A stretch of 64,000 nt of DNA from Okamejei kenojei (taxonomy: Eukaryota), in NCBI GenBank assembly GCA_035221665.1, contig CM069169.1, forward strand, positions 18,476,001 to 18,540,000. Direction: 5' to 3'. The translations under genes and the position numbers were made by a program. Of the stretch, positions 63,682 through 64,000 are shown piece after piece. The notes beneath the pieces are model-generated. The model did not search any database. It saw only the letters and a program-made list of their open reading frames with translations, and had not been told where the DNA came from. How positions within the stretch are numbered: the first letter of the stretch is position 1; every line of letters begins with the position of its first letter.

Positions 63682-64000
63682 TGAGTTTGATGCCGCAGGA
63701 TATGCCTAGTGTCCTACAGCTGAAGCCTGAAATGCCTCAAAGCAAATCCCAGGCTCTGAGGCCCACTGCTCGAGAGGAACCTTCCCATTCAAATTTCTAC
63801 CTTCCGAAAACCTTCCCTGTTTCTGACAGAGCCCCTGTGAATGGGATGGAGCAGCCCCAGAGGCAACCTGCCACAGCATACAACCGCTTCACTCCAAAGC
63901 CGTACACAAGTGCTGCACGGCCCTTTGAACGAAAATTTGAGAGCCCAAAATTTGATCACAACCTCCTGCCGAGTGATCCTCCACTACAGCCCAAGCCGGA
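63682..64000 (+). CDS. TJP1: TJP1 exon 25 (runs off the window)
   Basis: cag|(V)SLMPQD..APVNGMEQ..AYNRFTPKPYTSAARPFERKFESPKFDHNLLPS.. Confidence 0.95.

Overview
Vertebrate genomic DNA, not microbial. The repeat families (HE1-like V-SINE, CR1, Rex1/Babar, Penelope, L1) suggest a cartilaginous fish, probably a skate or ray; this is inference. The window holds most of a + strand TJP1 (ZO-1) gene. I traced 24 GT-AG exons from 21042 to the window end. They splice into one open frame of 4709 nt (about 1569 codons): PDZ1-PDZ2-PDZ3-SH3-GuK, acidic U6, the alpha cassette and the proline-rich/actin-binding region. Canonical exon 1 and the ZU5 C-terminus lie outside the window. Exon numbers follow human TJP1 as recalled. 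Main points for follow-up: (1) a 57-nt frame-preserving candidate micro-exon (60714-60770) resembling a mammalian ZO-1 insert; (2) a candidate alternative first coding exon (13329-13367); (3) a family of short Penelope-derived elements carrying a minimal hammerhead-ribozyme motif, with 10-16 bp target-site duplications and often fold-back structure, next to a Penelope RT/GIY-YIG copy sharing the same terminus; (4) several nested insertions and local inverted duplications. All homology calls are by eye and from memory; no searches were run.
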